Assembly: GCA_040755215.1 (NCBI GenBank)
Contig: JBFMBG010000002.1
Location: forward strand, 16,974-80,973
Direction of reading: 5' to 3'
From: Bacillota bacterium
GTDB taxonomy: Bacteria; Bacillota; Desulfotomaculia; Desulfotomaculales; Nap2-2B
Length of the DNA stretch: 64,000 nt
In this document: piece by piece, positions 26,711-36,173 of the stretch
Layout of the letters: each line of letters opens with the position of its first letter
Position numbering within the stretch: the stretch's first letter is position 1
Program-made: the position numbers and the translations under genes
Notes under the pieces: model-generated
Databases searched by the model: none
Seen by the model: the letters and a program-made list of their open reading frames with translations, nothing else
What the model was told of the DNA's origin: nothing

Positions 26711-28303
26711 TTACTCCGGAGGAACAATCAGAGCCAGGGCGAAAACAAATAAGAAAACTACAATCAAAAAGAGATTCAGGCCAAGTAATCCGAACTGAAA
26801 AAGCCAGGTGAACCCGGCGAGGACGGTAAGCATGCAAAGAAACGCGCCAGCCAGGGCGCTCAGGGCAACCACCTTTCTCCACGGGGAAAGGTTTCTCGCC
26901 GGTTGCCATTGATCGGCCCTTTCCACCAAAGTCACCGCCACCAGGGTAACAATATTCATGGACATTCCGAAAAATACCGGGTGAATGTGCAGGTAAAAAT
27001 TCGCCGGGTCCCAGCGGCCCAGGGAATACCACGTCAATCCGCCTAGAAAACCGGTAACCATCGCCGCCACCGCCGCCCGGCGGGTGGCCAGCGGCCAGAA
27101 CAGGGTGGCCACCACGGGGGCAAAGGTGGCGCCGTTCCGCAGCGTCCAGGCCAGCACGTTCCACCAGGCTGCCTGCTCGCTCCGGAGAAGGGCAAGGACG
27201 ATGACCATGGCGGTCAGCAACACCAGGGACCACCTGGTGTAGGCAACTTTTTGCGCGTCGGCCAGACCCGGTTTCACCGCTTCCGCAAAATCCCTGCCCA
27301 GGCTGGTGGAACCGGAGAACTGGCAGGGCGCCCCCCAACCCAGGGCACAGGCCCAGACGCCCATAAAAAACAATCCCACCAGGGGAGGGGGGAGAACCCG
27401 ACCCAGGTAAACCGGGACGCCGACCATCCCGCCCCGGTAACCGGGCGCTGCCGCAGCCGCCGCCAGGCCAAATAAAATGCCCAGGGAAATAAAAATTGCA
27501 TCGGCGGCAAAAGCCATCAATAAACCCCTGCGCCCCTCCTCCGGAGTCCGGCAGGACAGGGCCATCTGAAAGGCCGCCTGCGCCGCCAGCACGTTAATCA
27601 AAAAGGTGGCAAACCAGGCAATAATCAATTGCAATCCTACGCCGTCCAGGCTAAACATCTCCGGCCGGGTCCTGGCCAGGTGCGCCAGTCCGGCAGGGCC
27701 GGACCCGACGAAAAAGGCGTAGATTCCTACGCCGAACATCAGGACAAACGCAACGTTGTTGGCCGTCTGGGTGGCAACCACCGACCACATCCCCCCGACC
27801 TCAAGAAAAATCAACAAAAGCAAGGCGCTGATGGTTACCGTTACGGGCAGCGAGAAATCGGTAAAAACATCCAGGGCGACGGCGAAGGAAAGGGTATTGG
27901 CAACCGTCCACATGGGGAAGGTCAAGCCGGTAATTGCTCCGGCCACCCCTAAGGCGAGCCTGCCGAAGCGGTCACCGATCAGGCCCGAGATAGTGATCAT
28001 CAGGCGGCGGCGCAGGTTGCCGATCAGCAAAAGAGCAATAATCAGCACGTGCACCATCTCGGCCACCCCGTACCAGCCAGCGGAGATCCCTTTTGCATAG
28101 GATAGTTCAAGAATAGAAATGTAGGAAGAACCGGAAAAAAGACCGGTGGTACAGACAAAAACCATCCAGGCCCGAAAAGATCTCCCACCCACCCAAAATC
28201 CTTCCCCGTCCCGGGCCCTGCTTTTCACAATGTTGCCGAGGATAATCAGGACGGCTGTATAAAATACGGCCATTCCCAGTATCCATGCTCCGCAGGGATT
28301 CAT
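26711..28303 (-). CDS. sodium:solute symporter (SSS) family transporter
   Basis: 530-aa polytopic ORF. The N-terminal GEGFWVGGRSF motif and overall pattern are typical of the SSS family. Confidence 0.7.
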   Translation of the reverse strand: MNPCGAWILGMAVFYTAVLIILGNIVKSRARDGEGFWVGGRSFRAWMVFVCTTGLFSGSSYISILELSYAKGISAGWYGVAEMVHVLIIALLLIGNLRRRLMITISGLIGDRFGRLALGVAGAITGLTFPMWTVANTLSFAVALDVFTDFSLPVTVTISALLLLIFLEVGGMWSVVATQTANNVAFVLMFGVGIYAFFVGSGPAGLAHLARTRPEMFSLDGVGLQLIIAWFATFLINVLAAQAAFQMALSCRTPEEGRRGLLMAFAADAIFISLGILFGLAAAAAAPGYRGGMVGVPVYLGRVLPPPLVGLFFMGVWACALGWGAPCQFSGSTSLGRDFAEAVKPGLADAQKVAYTRWSLVLLTAMVIVLALLRSEQAAWWNVLAWTLRNGATFAPVVATLFWPLATRRAAVAAMVTGFLGGLTWYSLGRWDPANFYLHIHPVFFGMSMNIVTLVAVTLVERADQWQPARNLSPWRKVVALSALAGAFLCMLTVLAGFTWLFQFGLLGLNLFLIVVFLFVFALALIVPPE

Positions 28304-28389
28304 TTTTTTAACCTCCCTTCGGAGGGATCAACAATGGACTGTAAGGTTACCTGTCTTTCTCGAGCCCGTACCGGAATACCCCCGCTCTC

Positions 28390-29571
28390 CTAAACGAGAA
28401 AAAGAACCACAAAGTAAATAATCATCAAGGCCATTCCAAAGGGCACCCCCAGGCAGGCCCATTCCCGGCTGCCGATTTTCAGCTTGCTGGCGGAAACGAT
28501 ATTGGGAATGTTGCCGGGGATGAGCATCCCCCCGCTGATTAATAGCCCCATCAGGATGGCCTGGATTTGCTGGGAAGTCATTTTCGCGCTGATTTCCGCC
28601 GCCGCCAGGGTGGCGTTGTCTAAAACGGCAGAAATCATGTTTACCCAGTAAAGCAGGCGGCTGTCGAAGTAGATTACATAGGTATCGATGACCGGTTTAA
28701 AACCGGCGCCGAGCAGTTCTAAGGCCATCACAAAGACGAAAATTTTTACCGCCCGGATCACCACCCCCTGGTAAGATTCCTTTTCCACTGTTTCCTCCGC
28801 TTCTTTTACGGCGGCTCTTTCTGCGGTTGCCGCCACTGGACTGGCGAACGCCCCGCCCTGCCAAGCCGGGTCCTGATCCCTCCCTTCGTTTCTCCCGGCA
28901 ACCCTGGTAACGGTAGGGAGACTTTCCACCTGCTCCGGCGCCTTAATCACAACGTCCCCTTTCGCCGGACGCCCACGCGCTACGTAATAAGCCCCAAACA
29001 GGCCGGTGGCCAGCACGCCGGGAATAATAAACCAGCCTACCTCCCCCAGGAGGTACCAGAAGCCGGCGTTCAGCTTAGAAACGGTGATGGTGGAAAGGGG
29101 TTCCCCGATGGGCGTAAGCGCGGCCCCCAAACCAATTGAAAAACAGGCGATTATGTCCAGATTCACTTTGTCCTTGCGGGAAAGCGGCAGAACGCTGATT
29201 ATTTCCACCAGCACCAAAGAGGCGATGATGGCGGTGATGACACTAGAGAACAAACCCAGGGTAACCGTAATGAAAAAGATAAAAACTTTCAGAGGGACAT
29301 ATTTCAGGATGGCCGCAACGGCCCCCTGCACTTTTTCTTTCCAGATTTTAAACAAAAGGCCGGCAATGAGAACGGCGCCGGTAATCATATACATAAAATG
29401 GTTTTCCAAAATTTCGATGAGCAGTTCTTTCCCCAAAACGCCGGAGACGATGGTCGCCGCCAGGCCCATGATGAAAAGAAAAGGCTCCAGGTTGTGCTCA
29501 ACCTGCTTTAAAAGAAAGGGGAGGGTCAAAACCAGGAGCAAGATAATTAACAAACCAATAACCATTTTCAA
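28390..29571 (-). CDS. polytopic membrane protein, possibly DUF1646-type cation transporter
   Basis: 393 aa with many TM helices. The N-terminus LPFLLKQVEHNLEPFLFIMG resembles DUF1646, from memory only. A hydrophilic central loop is present. Confidence 0.4.
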   Translation of the reverse strand: MKMVIGLLIILLLVLTLPFLLKQVEHNLEPFLFIMGLAATIVSGVLGKELLIEILENHFMYMITGAVLIAGLLFKIWKEKVQGAVAAILKYVPLKVFIFFITVTLGLFSSVITAIIASLVLVEIISVLPLSRKDKVNLDIIACFSIGLGAALTPIGEPLSTITVSKLNAGFWYLLGEVGWFIIPGVLATGLFGAYYVARGRPAKGDVVIKAPEQVESLPTVTRVAGRNEGRDQDPAWQGGAFASPVAATAERAAVKEAEETVEKESYQGVVIRAVKIFVFVMALELLGAGFKPVIDTYVIYFDSRLLYWVNMISAVLDNATLAAAEISAKMTSQQIQAILMGLLISGGMLIPGNIPNIVSASKLKIGSREWACLGVPFGMALMIIYFVVLFLV

Positions 29572-29623
29572 GTCCTCCTGTAAATAGATTGAAACTGAGG
29601 GTGGGAAAGTTAAATCACCCTTT

Positions 29624-29653
29624 CAAAAAAATTATCCACGCCGGGTGGATAAT
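29624..29653 (-). terminator. rho-independent terminator after the anion permease gene
   Basis: 9-bp stem ATTATCCAC/GTGGATAAT with a 5-nt loop. On the minus strand it is followed by T7, 42 nt after the stop at 29695. Confidence 0.7.
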
Positions 29654-29694
29654 TTTTGCCTAACCCAATAAATTTTTATCTCTCTCGGAGAGCA

Positions 29695-31209
29695 TTATAA
29701 ATTCTGCCAGAATTGGAGATTAAAGTGCAACACAGTCCCCCAGAACAGCCACGATACAAGCCCGCACGCAAGAGCACAGAAAAAGCCGTAGAGAGGCAAG
29801 CGCCAGGAGGCCTTCCCTTCCAGAGCGATCGGAAGGGCCATCGTTCCTGTAGCTGCCGGAACCATGAAAGAAAAGTTTACTGTATATCCCATCATGAGCA
29901 GCCACGGAATTGGGTTTACCCCGGCAGCTTTTGTCGCCGCTCCCACTATCGGGGCCAGCATTCCGGCGGCACCGGTATCCGAAGCAATATTACCCATGAA
30001 TAGACAAAAGGCGACAAATATGCCCGTCCCCGTGTAAGCCGGCAAATTCCAGTATGTCCCCAGGAACTGTGCCATTAACTTGCCGGCACCCGTCATGGTA
30101 ACGAGGGCTGCAATGCTCATCGCTGTGGGCCAAAGGAGAAAGGCATGAATGGGAAAGACCTTAACGGCATTAATGCTCAGGAGTCTTTCGCCCGGCTCGT
30201 ATTCAAACGGCTTGCCTTTCGGAGCCCCTGCGTCCGGAGCAGGCAGCAAAGCGAGGATACCTGTTACAACCGCGAAAATTAAGGAAGGGCTGATGTTTAC
30301 TCCTTTAGGCAGGTAAGGCCTCCATAACGGCTCTAAAAAGGGCATGGCTACGGCCAACAGGAAAATGATAAAGCCCCACTTCTCCGAACCTGTGATCGGG
30401 CCCATCTTTTTTAGTTCTTCTTCGAAGTATTCGTGAGATCCTTCAAAATGCTTGCGATCGATCGGAAAAACGGCGGCAAATAAAATGGCCACGGGGATCA
30501 TGCTCAGAAAAACGGGAAGCACCAGTGTAGCTGTGTAACTGGCCATGGCAACAGGCCTCCCGAGAGTGTCAACCAGTTGCTGCCAGGTTATGACGGCCTG
30601 GCCGCCGGCCATCGGAGTCAAGAAGCCACCCAGGGAAGCACCAATAGCTACAGCAATAATGATGAGCATCGCACTTGCGCTGTTTTTCAATTTCTGACTG
30701 GAATCATAACCCACGTACTTGAGAATTTCGAGGGCAATCGGGGTAAGGGCAATGGCGATGACAGTATTTGCCGCTATAAAACTGATTATTGTAGAAAACA
30801 TTACCCAGACAACGGCCTGCGCCCTGACGGAAGTACCGACCCACTTCAGGCAGAACAACGCCATCCGGCGGGTCAGGCCCCACCTCGTCCACATGCAGAC
30901 GATCAGGGCCGGACCCAGTAACATCCCGAGACCCGGGTGAATAACTGTCTTGGTTATCTGTCCCCAATCCATGCCGGGAAGGAAAGCGGTTCCCAAAAGC
31001 GGAATGAAGATCGTATACCCTGTCGGTATTATCCCTGTCGCCCAGTACCAGGCACACCAGACAATAATTGCTAGCCCGCCCCGGGCAGTAACGCTTCCGA
31101 TAGGCAGCGCGAATAGAATAATGAAGTACAAAATGGGGCCGACCGCCAGGGTGATCCATTCCAGAACGGTTTTATCAAACCCCAAGATCCTTACCGTCTT
31201 TGTTCCCAA
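29695..31209 (-). CDS. ion-transporter superfamily anion permease (SLC13/DASS-like; sulfate or dicarboxylate)
   Basis: 504-aa polytopic ORF. SLGGFLTPMAGG resembles the DASS/ArsB-NhaD hairpin motif. The sulfur-gene context is noted, but the substrate is unproven. Confidence 0.55.
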   Translation of the reverse strand: MGTKTVRILGFDKTVLEWITLAVGPILYFIILFALPIGSVTARGGLAIIVWCAWYWATGIIPTGYTIFIPLLGTAFLPGMDWGQITKTVIHPGLGMLLGPALIVCMWTRWGLTRRMALFCLKWVGTSVRAQAVVWVMFSTIISFIAANTVIAIALTPIALEILKYVGYDSSQKLKNSASAMLIIIAVAIGASLGGFLTPMAGGQAVITWQQLVDTLGRPVAMASYTATLVLPVFLSMIPVAILFAAVFPIDRKHFEGSHEYFEEELKKMGPITGSEKWGFIIFLLAVAMPFLEPLWRPYLPKGVNISPSLIFAVVTGILALLPAPDAGAPKGKPFEYEPGERLLSINAVKVFPIHAFLLWPTAMSIAALVTMTGAGKLMAQFLGTYWNLPAYTGTGIFVAFCLFMGNIASDTGAAGMLAPIVGAATKAAGVNPIPWLLMMGYTVNFSFMVPAATGTMALPIALEGKASWRLPLYGFFCALACGLVSWLFWGTVLHFNLQFWQNL

Positions 31210-31727
31210 TTCCAGTCACACTCCTTTTCCCGTTTTTAAAGGTGTACAATTATTCACTTTTCTTTTTTAGCATGTACTATCATTCACTTTTTAGCCAGTA
31301 CTTATCCTTCTAAAACTCCTTCCCGCGTCATTTTAAACCATAAGCTTTTTCAAAACCCATTTGCCTGGATATTTCTTTCGGACCATTCCCACCCCGCTTT
31401 GACTTTCGACTTGTTCATTACCTTGTTTTGTTATTCTGCCTATTGCATTCTTAATCTGTACCGGGTATTGGTGGAAGGAGTTTAATTAACCCCGGGCCCC
31501 GACATGCGGATTATTTACCATCCAGGAGAGGCAATTCAATAAACTGACGGGGAAATAGATCCGGTTATGTGCCGGGGCCTCAGGATTAATATTAAAAAAG
31601 CAGCGCATTGAAACATGAGATTGAGGGAAGAGGGGATTTTTATTTGGATTTTGCGCTGCCAATACCAATTCCCAATCCGCCTTTCCTGGCCAGAGCCTGG
31701 CAAAAACGGGCAGGCGAACTTTAATTC

Positions 31728-32573
31728 CTACATGTAACCCAAAGCCCGCAGCCTGGCCATGGCTGCTTCTTTGTCCTGGCGCCGGCCGGCCCGCTCCACC
31801 GTATTTTCCAGGTCCTGCTCCCAGGCCGGGAGGTCGGACATCTTCGTAGTTGTGGTCTTGGCCCCGAGAGAACGGTAACCCTGGGCGTAAAGGGAAACAA
31901 ACGGAAGTTTGAAGTGGTGGTAAATATCCCACAGGGCCCGTTCGCTGATGTGCAGAATCGGCCGGATGCGCACCTGGGCCGGCTGCAGGTACTGCGCCGC
32001 CACTTCTTCAATATACGGATCGTCAGCCCTGACCGGCTGCTCGTCCCAGCGCAATCCCTGGACGATTACCTTCACGTTATTTTCTTCCAGGTAAACATTC
32101 AGGGCTACCGACTTCATTAAGTGGTTCCCGACAAAGGATTCGGCCTCAAACGGGAATCTTTCCAGTTCCCCGAACCCGATCCGCTTGATTTCCTCGCGGT
32201 TCCGCTCGTTGAGATCCTTAACCCAAACGTCGGCACCCAACGTATAGTTGCAGGCTCTCAACACGTCCTCGTTTTTCGCCACTTCGAGGACAACGCCCCA
32301 TTCCTTGCTCATTTTGGCCAGGAACTCTTCAGCTTCTTCAAAGGTATCTCCTTCGTCAATGGTAACAGCCTTAGGCATCTCAAAGCCGTATTCCTTGCAG
32401 GTCTCCCGCCAGATCCAGAGGGTCAGGGTGCTGTCCTTGTGGCCGGACCAGACCAGGCGGATATTCTTGGGGTCAAACTGCCGGTATGCTTCCCGCACGA
32501 TATTCTTGGAGATATGAATGTATGTTTCCAACTCCTGGATTCTTTCTTTGCTTAATGGTTTGCCGTTCGGCAT
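31728..32573 (-). CDS. PAPS reductase/CysD-superfamily ATP pyrophosphatase-like protein
   Basis: 281 aa. PP-loop variant WSGHKDST, later QGYRSLGAKTTT, and C-terminal ERAGRRQDKEAAMARLRALGYM, as in the CysD/PAPS-reductase family. Confidence 0.7.
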   Translation of the reverse strand: MPNGKPLSKERIQELETYIHISKNIVREAYRQFDPKNIRLVWSGHKDSTLTLWIWRETCKEYGFEMPKAVTIDEGDTFEEAEEFLAKMSKEWGVVLEVAKNEDVLRACNYTLGADVWVKDLNERNREEIKRIGFGELERFPFEAESFVGNHLMKSVALNVYLEENNVKVIVQGLRWDEQPVRADDPYIEEVAAQYLQPAQVRIRPILHISERALWDIYHHFKLPFVSLYAQGYRSLGAKTTTTKMSDLPAWEQDLENTVERAGRRQDKEAAMARLRALGYM

Positions 32574-32609
32574 TCTTATTGCACCTCCGTATGACTTATG
32601 CTCTTAAGG

Positions 32610-33824
32610 TTATTGCTGCTTTTCGTATCTTCTCACCCGAGGGATCACTTTTTTCATCATGTATTCGGTAACCGTTGTTTTTTCGATAAGGTTGTTTCTT
32701 TCTTCCGGATCGTCGGCGAGGTCGTACAACTCCCAGGAATCGTCCGTCTCGCGGTAGATGATTTTCAGGTCGCCTTCGCGGTAAAAGTGGACTTCTTTTT
32801 CGTCCCCTTTTTCGTGGCTCCCCTGCTTATCGATGGACTCGCCGTATACACCTTTTGGTTCGTACGCCTCCACGGGGAGCAGCGATTGCCCCTGCCAGGC
32901 CGGGGACGGTTCAACATGGAAAAGGTAAGTAATCGTCGGGGGTACGTCCAGCGTACTGACCACGGTATCGGAAACGATCCCCTCGCGCCGGGAGGAATCG
33001 TAAATCATTAAAGGCACGTTGACCAGTTCCTGGTACATCTTGCCGTCGTGGGAAAGCCCGCCGTGTTCACCGAACTCTTCACCGTGGTCGGCGGTGATAA
33101 CGACGGCGGTCTCGTCGTGAAAACCGGTTTCCCGCAGAATACCGAAGAATTCTTCGGCAGCCTCGTCAACCTCCCGGACGTGGGCCAGGTAGAGCTTGCG
33201 CAGCAACTCCACCGTTTCCCGATTGGAAACGTCTCGCTTCAAAAGCACGTTTTTAAAAAGGGCGAACATTTCATCTTCGTTCAGCGTGATTCCCGGATCA
33301 ACGGCCTCCACGTACCTGCGCTCCGGAACGTACGGTTCGTGTACGTCCATGTAGTGCACCCACAGGAAAAACGGCTTTTCGCCACCCCTTTCCCGGTACG
33401 TCCGCAGCCAGTTCGCCGCCTTCTGGTTGATGGCGCGGGCCTTAATATAGGGCGTCTTTTCATCCACCTTAGCCTCCATGGAATCGTAGAAAACGTCCCA
33501 TCCCCGGTTCCAGCCGAAAAAGGCGCAGAGGTAGGCGTTGGAGTGAAACGCCGCCGTGGTTATCCCGGCCTTTCTCAACACCTCCGAAACGAGCACCCGC
33601 TGCGGCGGGCACTTCCCCCGCTGGCGGCCGAAATCAAGGTAGTAAGAGGAGGTCAGGATGCCCGGGAACCCTGCCTGCGTGTAGGGGCCGCCGGAATAAG
33701 CGTTGTTAAAGCGGATGCACCGATCCTGCAGGGAATCGAGAAAAGGAGTCAGGTTCCCTCCACCGTAGCAACCCAACACATCTTTTCTTAACGTATCGAT
33801 CGTTAACAGCACAACGTTTTTCAT
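32610..33824 (-). CDS. sulfatase-like alkaline-phosphatase-superfamily enzyme (Thr at nucleophile position)
   Basis: 404 aa. LLTIDTLRKD metal-site motif and ADHGEEFGEHG. The position of the sulfatase CxPxR motif reads PYTQAGFPGILTS. Confidence 0.7.
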   Translation of the reverse strand: MKNVVLLTIDTLRKDVLGCYGGGNLTPFLDSLQDRCIRFNNAYSGGPYTQAGFPGILTSSYYLDFGRQRGKCPPQRVLVSEVLRKAGITTAAFHSNAYLCAFFGWNRGWDVFYDSMEAKVDEKTPYIKARAINQKAANWLRTYRERGGEKPFFLWVHYMDVHEPYVPERRYVEAVDPGITLNEDEMFALFKNVLLKRDVSNRETVELLRKLYLAHVREVDEAAEEFFGILRETGFHDETAVVITADHGEEFGEHGGLSHDGKMYQELVNVPLMIYDSSRREGIVSDTVVSTLDVPPTITYLFHVEPSPAWQGQSLLPVEAYEPKGVYGESIDKQGSHEKGDEKEVHFYREGDLKIIYRETDDSWELYDLADDPEERNNLIEKTTVTEYMMKKVIPRVRRYEKQQ

Positions 33825-33909
33825 GGGCGTACCTCTTCTCTTTTGATCAGTAACAACAAGGGGGAAGGGAGAGGAGGGAGAAAGTTTCCCCCTCCTTTTT
33901 TCCGGTTAA

Positions 33910-35256
33910 TTATTCCACGATATAGCCCAAAGCGCGCAGGCGGGCTTCGATGGCTTTCTTCTCTTCCTCCGGCATCTCCCGGCGGACAATTCCCTTGGGT
34001 TCGGCGCGGTAATAATCGTTGCATTGTTCGCGCAGCTGCTGCAACCACTTAGGCGCGTGGAACTTGAGCCGGTCGATCAGATTATTCTGCTCCAGAGGAT
34101 CTTTCTTCAAATCAAAGAACTCTTCATACATCGAAGAGGCGTACCGGATGTATTTCCAGTTTTCCTCCCGCAGGGCCTGTCTTGCCCCCATTCCATAAAC
34201 GGACCAGACCGTTTCGGCGTAGGCACGCTTGCCGTGCCCTCTTAATTTTTCCATGCACGGAACCAGGCTCTCGCCGTCCAGGGGCACTTCCACCTTATCC
34301 AAAATCCCCAGGAGATCCATGATGGTGGGCATAATATCAATAGACCTTACCTGGCCTTCGATTCTTTTCCCGATGCATTGCGGCGGCAGGTTGGGGGCTT
34401 TAATGATGAGCGGAATTTTCAAATCTACATCGTAAAGGCTGGAGTGCGTGTTCGGCAAATCGCCCAAATCGACGGGGTCGTAGATATAATCACCGAAGGG
34501 CCAGCATTCGTTCCGGAGGGTAGTCCCGTGATCGCCGGTGATGACGATCAGAGCGTCGTCGTAATAGCCGACTTCTTTGAGGGTGGCGATTACGCTGCCG
34601 ATGACTTCTTCGTCGGCCAGCTTGATTTTCGCGTCGTAATAGGCGTTTTCAGGCATTTCGCCTTCCTTGATGCGGCCGGAACGGACCAGGTATTCTTCCG
34701 AACCGGTATGGGTTTCGTAGAACTGGTTGTAAAGGTAGAAGGACTTGCCTTCGGCAGCGCATTGCTTGATAAATCTGATGTTGTCGTCAACGTATCTTTT
34801 GCCTACAGGCTTGGCGTGAAATCTTCCGTCCACGTTAACCCCCAGGGCCTGCCAGTGCTCTACGCCGTCGCCCCAGGTGTCGGGAGCGTTCGGGTCGGTG
34901 GGCTCGATGAATATATCGAAACCGTTGTTCATGCCAATCCCGGAACCGGCCACGCTCTGGCTCATGCACCCCTGGGTCGCCCAGCCCAGGTATTTTTTGA
35001 TATACTCCTGAAGCAGGGGCGGGCAGACGACGTGGAAGGGATCCCGGACGCCGGTATGCGGCCCGATCATGCCTGTCCAAAGGACCGGCGTCGCCGCTCC
35101 CGTATAAGAACTGCCGGAAATAACCGTGGCAAACACTACCCCTTCCCTGGCAAGCGCCTCAATGTTTTTTTGCCGGCGGTAGTATCCGTTCACGGAAAGG
35201 TGATCCGCCCGCACTTCGTCGAACTGAAAAACGTAGACGCATTTTGGCTTTCGCAC
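33910..35256 (-). CDS. sulfatase-like alkaline-phosphatase-superfamily enzyme (Thr at nucleophile position)
   Basis: 448 aa (GTG start). FDEVRADHL and GDHGTTL motifs. The nucleophile region reads SYTGAATPVLWTG rather than C/S-x-P-x-R. Confidence 0.7.
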   Translation of the reverse strand: MRKPKCVYVFQFDEVRADHLSVNGYYRRQKNIEALAREGVVFATVISGSSYTGAATPVLWTGMIGPHTGVRDPFHVVCPPLLQEYIKKYLGWATQGCMSQSVAGSGIGMNNGFDIFIEPTDPNAPDTWGDGVEHWQALGVNVDGRFHAKPVGKRYVDDNIRFIKQCAAEGKSFYLYNQFYETHTGSEEYLVRSGRIKEGEMPENAYYDAKIKLADEEVIGSVIATLKEVGYYDDALIVITGDHGTTLRNECWPFGDYIYDPVDLGDLPNTHSSLYDVDLKIPLIIKAPNLPPQCIGKRIEGQVRSIDIMPTIMDLLGILDKVEVPLDGESLVPCMEKLRGHGKRAYAETVWSVYGMGARQALREENWKYIRYASSMYEEFFDLKKDPLEQNNLIDRLKFHAPKWLQQLREQCNDYYRAEPKGIVRREMPEEEKKAIEARLRALGYIVE

Positions 35257-35397
35257 TTTTCGTTACCCCTTTCTTGTTATGATTTAACTCGCAAGATTTT
35301 CAAATTCAAGAACCAATGCCAAGAGCAACCGCCAACCTAATCACCTTCCTTTATTCGTTTTTTATTTCACTTTCGTTGCCTGCAATCTATTGTCAAG

Positions 35398-35413
35398 TGC
35401 AAAAAACATACCA
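35398..35413 (-). promoter_or_regulatory. sigma54 -24/-12 promoter (P2)
   Basis: The minus strand reads TGGTATGTTTTTTGCA (GG-N10-GC), 142 nt upstream of the sulfatase-like gene start at 35256. Confidence 0.65.
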
Positions 35414-35456
35414 GACATGAAAAACAATATTTTTTTAGCAATTCTATCGATGACTA

Positions 35457-35470
35457 ATACACTCTTGTAT
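35457..35470. promoter_or_regulatory. palindromic upstream activator site candidate
   Basis: ATACactcttGTAT, 43 nt upstream of the TGG of P2. Confidence 0.5.
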
Positions 35471-35544
35471 CAAAATGATTGTAATTCTCGGAGCAATATC
35501 CTTAAACACCTGGTTAGTCACAGCCAATACAACAATGCATTAGT

Positions 35545-35562
35545 CGATACTTTTTTGTATAA
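35545..35562. promoter_or_regulatory. palindromic upstream activator site candidate (distal)
   Basis: CGATACttttttGTATAA, same ATAC-N6-GTAT core, about 133 nt upstream of P2. Confidence 0.45.
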
Positions 35563-35747
35563 ATTGTTCGTTATTCTCTCTTTCTCCGGTGCCTCCCGTC
35601 CTTCCGAAATAACTTCCCATTCACGTTCTGCCTGGTGCTCATTGACGTATTACGTGGCCAAAGCTTCTCATTAACCCGCATTCCAGACGGGAAATTAGGT
35701 GACCTACTCTAGATAGTCAGCGTTTACGATACCGGGGCGCGATCCAT

Positions 35748-35802
35748 TAAAAAAGAAAAGCCCTGGTCACCGACGGAATTTGGCATTTAATGCGACCAGG
35801 GC
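35748..35802 (-). terminator. rho-independent terminator after the sat operon
   Basis: Perfect 9-bp stem GCCCTGGTC/GACCAGGGC with an internally structured 25-nt loop. On the minus strand it is followed by TTTTCTTTTTT, 70 nt after the stop at 35872. Confidence 0.65.
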
Positions 35803-35871
35803 ACCAGGGAGTAGGTAAGTTATGGCCTGAAACTTGTGGAAAGAAGCTTCCTTATAGGTTGCAAGATTATT

Positions 35872-36162
35872 TTAATAATCCTTCAGGAAATCTTCCATTA
35901 CATCCAGGCTGGCTTTTTCCACGATTTTATTAAAGATTTTGTCTTTCACGTCCCTGGGCAGCAATTCGATGCTCTTGGTGGTCGCCGAATCGTATTTCGC
36001 GGTGGGGAACACCTTCAAAACCCTGTCCTTTTGCTCTTCCGTGCAGGGAACTTTAAGCACTTTCAAGCCGGCCAGCTGCTCCTCGGCCATGTCCGCCAGA
36101 CCTACCTTCTGCAGCTTGGCGAGCCTTTCTTCGTTAATCCAGATATTGATTACGATACTCAT
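35872..36162 (-). CDS. hypothetical 96-aa protein downstream of sat
   Basis: The ORF starts 11 nt after the sat stop and ends before the terminator. I recognise no family. Confidence 0.4.
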   Translation of the reverse strand: MSIVINIWINEERLAKLQKVGLADMAEEQLAGLKVLKVPCTEEQKDRVLKVFPTAKYDSATTKSIELLPRDVKDKIFNKIVEKASLDVMEDFLKDY

Positions 36163-36173
36163 TTCGCCACCTC

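Noticed and set aside
31210-31727. 518-nt non-coding gap upstream of the anion permease, containing a long imperfect hairpin (about 31494-31580), considered as a riboswitch.
   Set aside because: I recognise no known riboswitch core sequence and found no convincing small ORF or terminator. It is noted only as a long leader that an Rfam scan could resolve.
31728-33960. Identical C-terminal heptapeptide RLRALGY in the PAPS-reductase-like protein (...AAMARLRALGYM) and sulfatase-like protein 2 (...AIEARLRALGYIVE), considered as a shared targeting or interaction tag.
   Set aside because: Only 7 residues match. CysD/PAPS-reductase-family proteins commonly end in a similar ...GY[MF] segment, and I recall similar tails in sulfatase-family proteins, so coincidence or family habit is more likely. 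The DNA is similar but not identical, so there is no sign of recent recombination.
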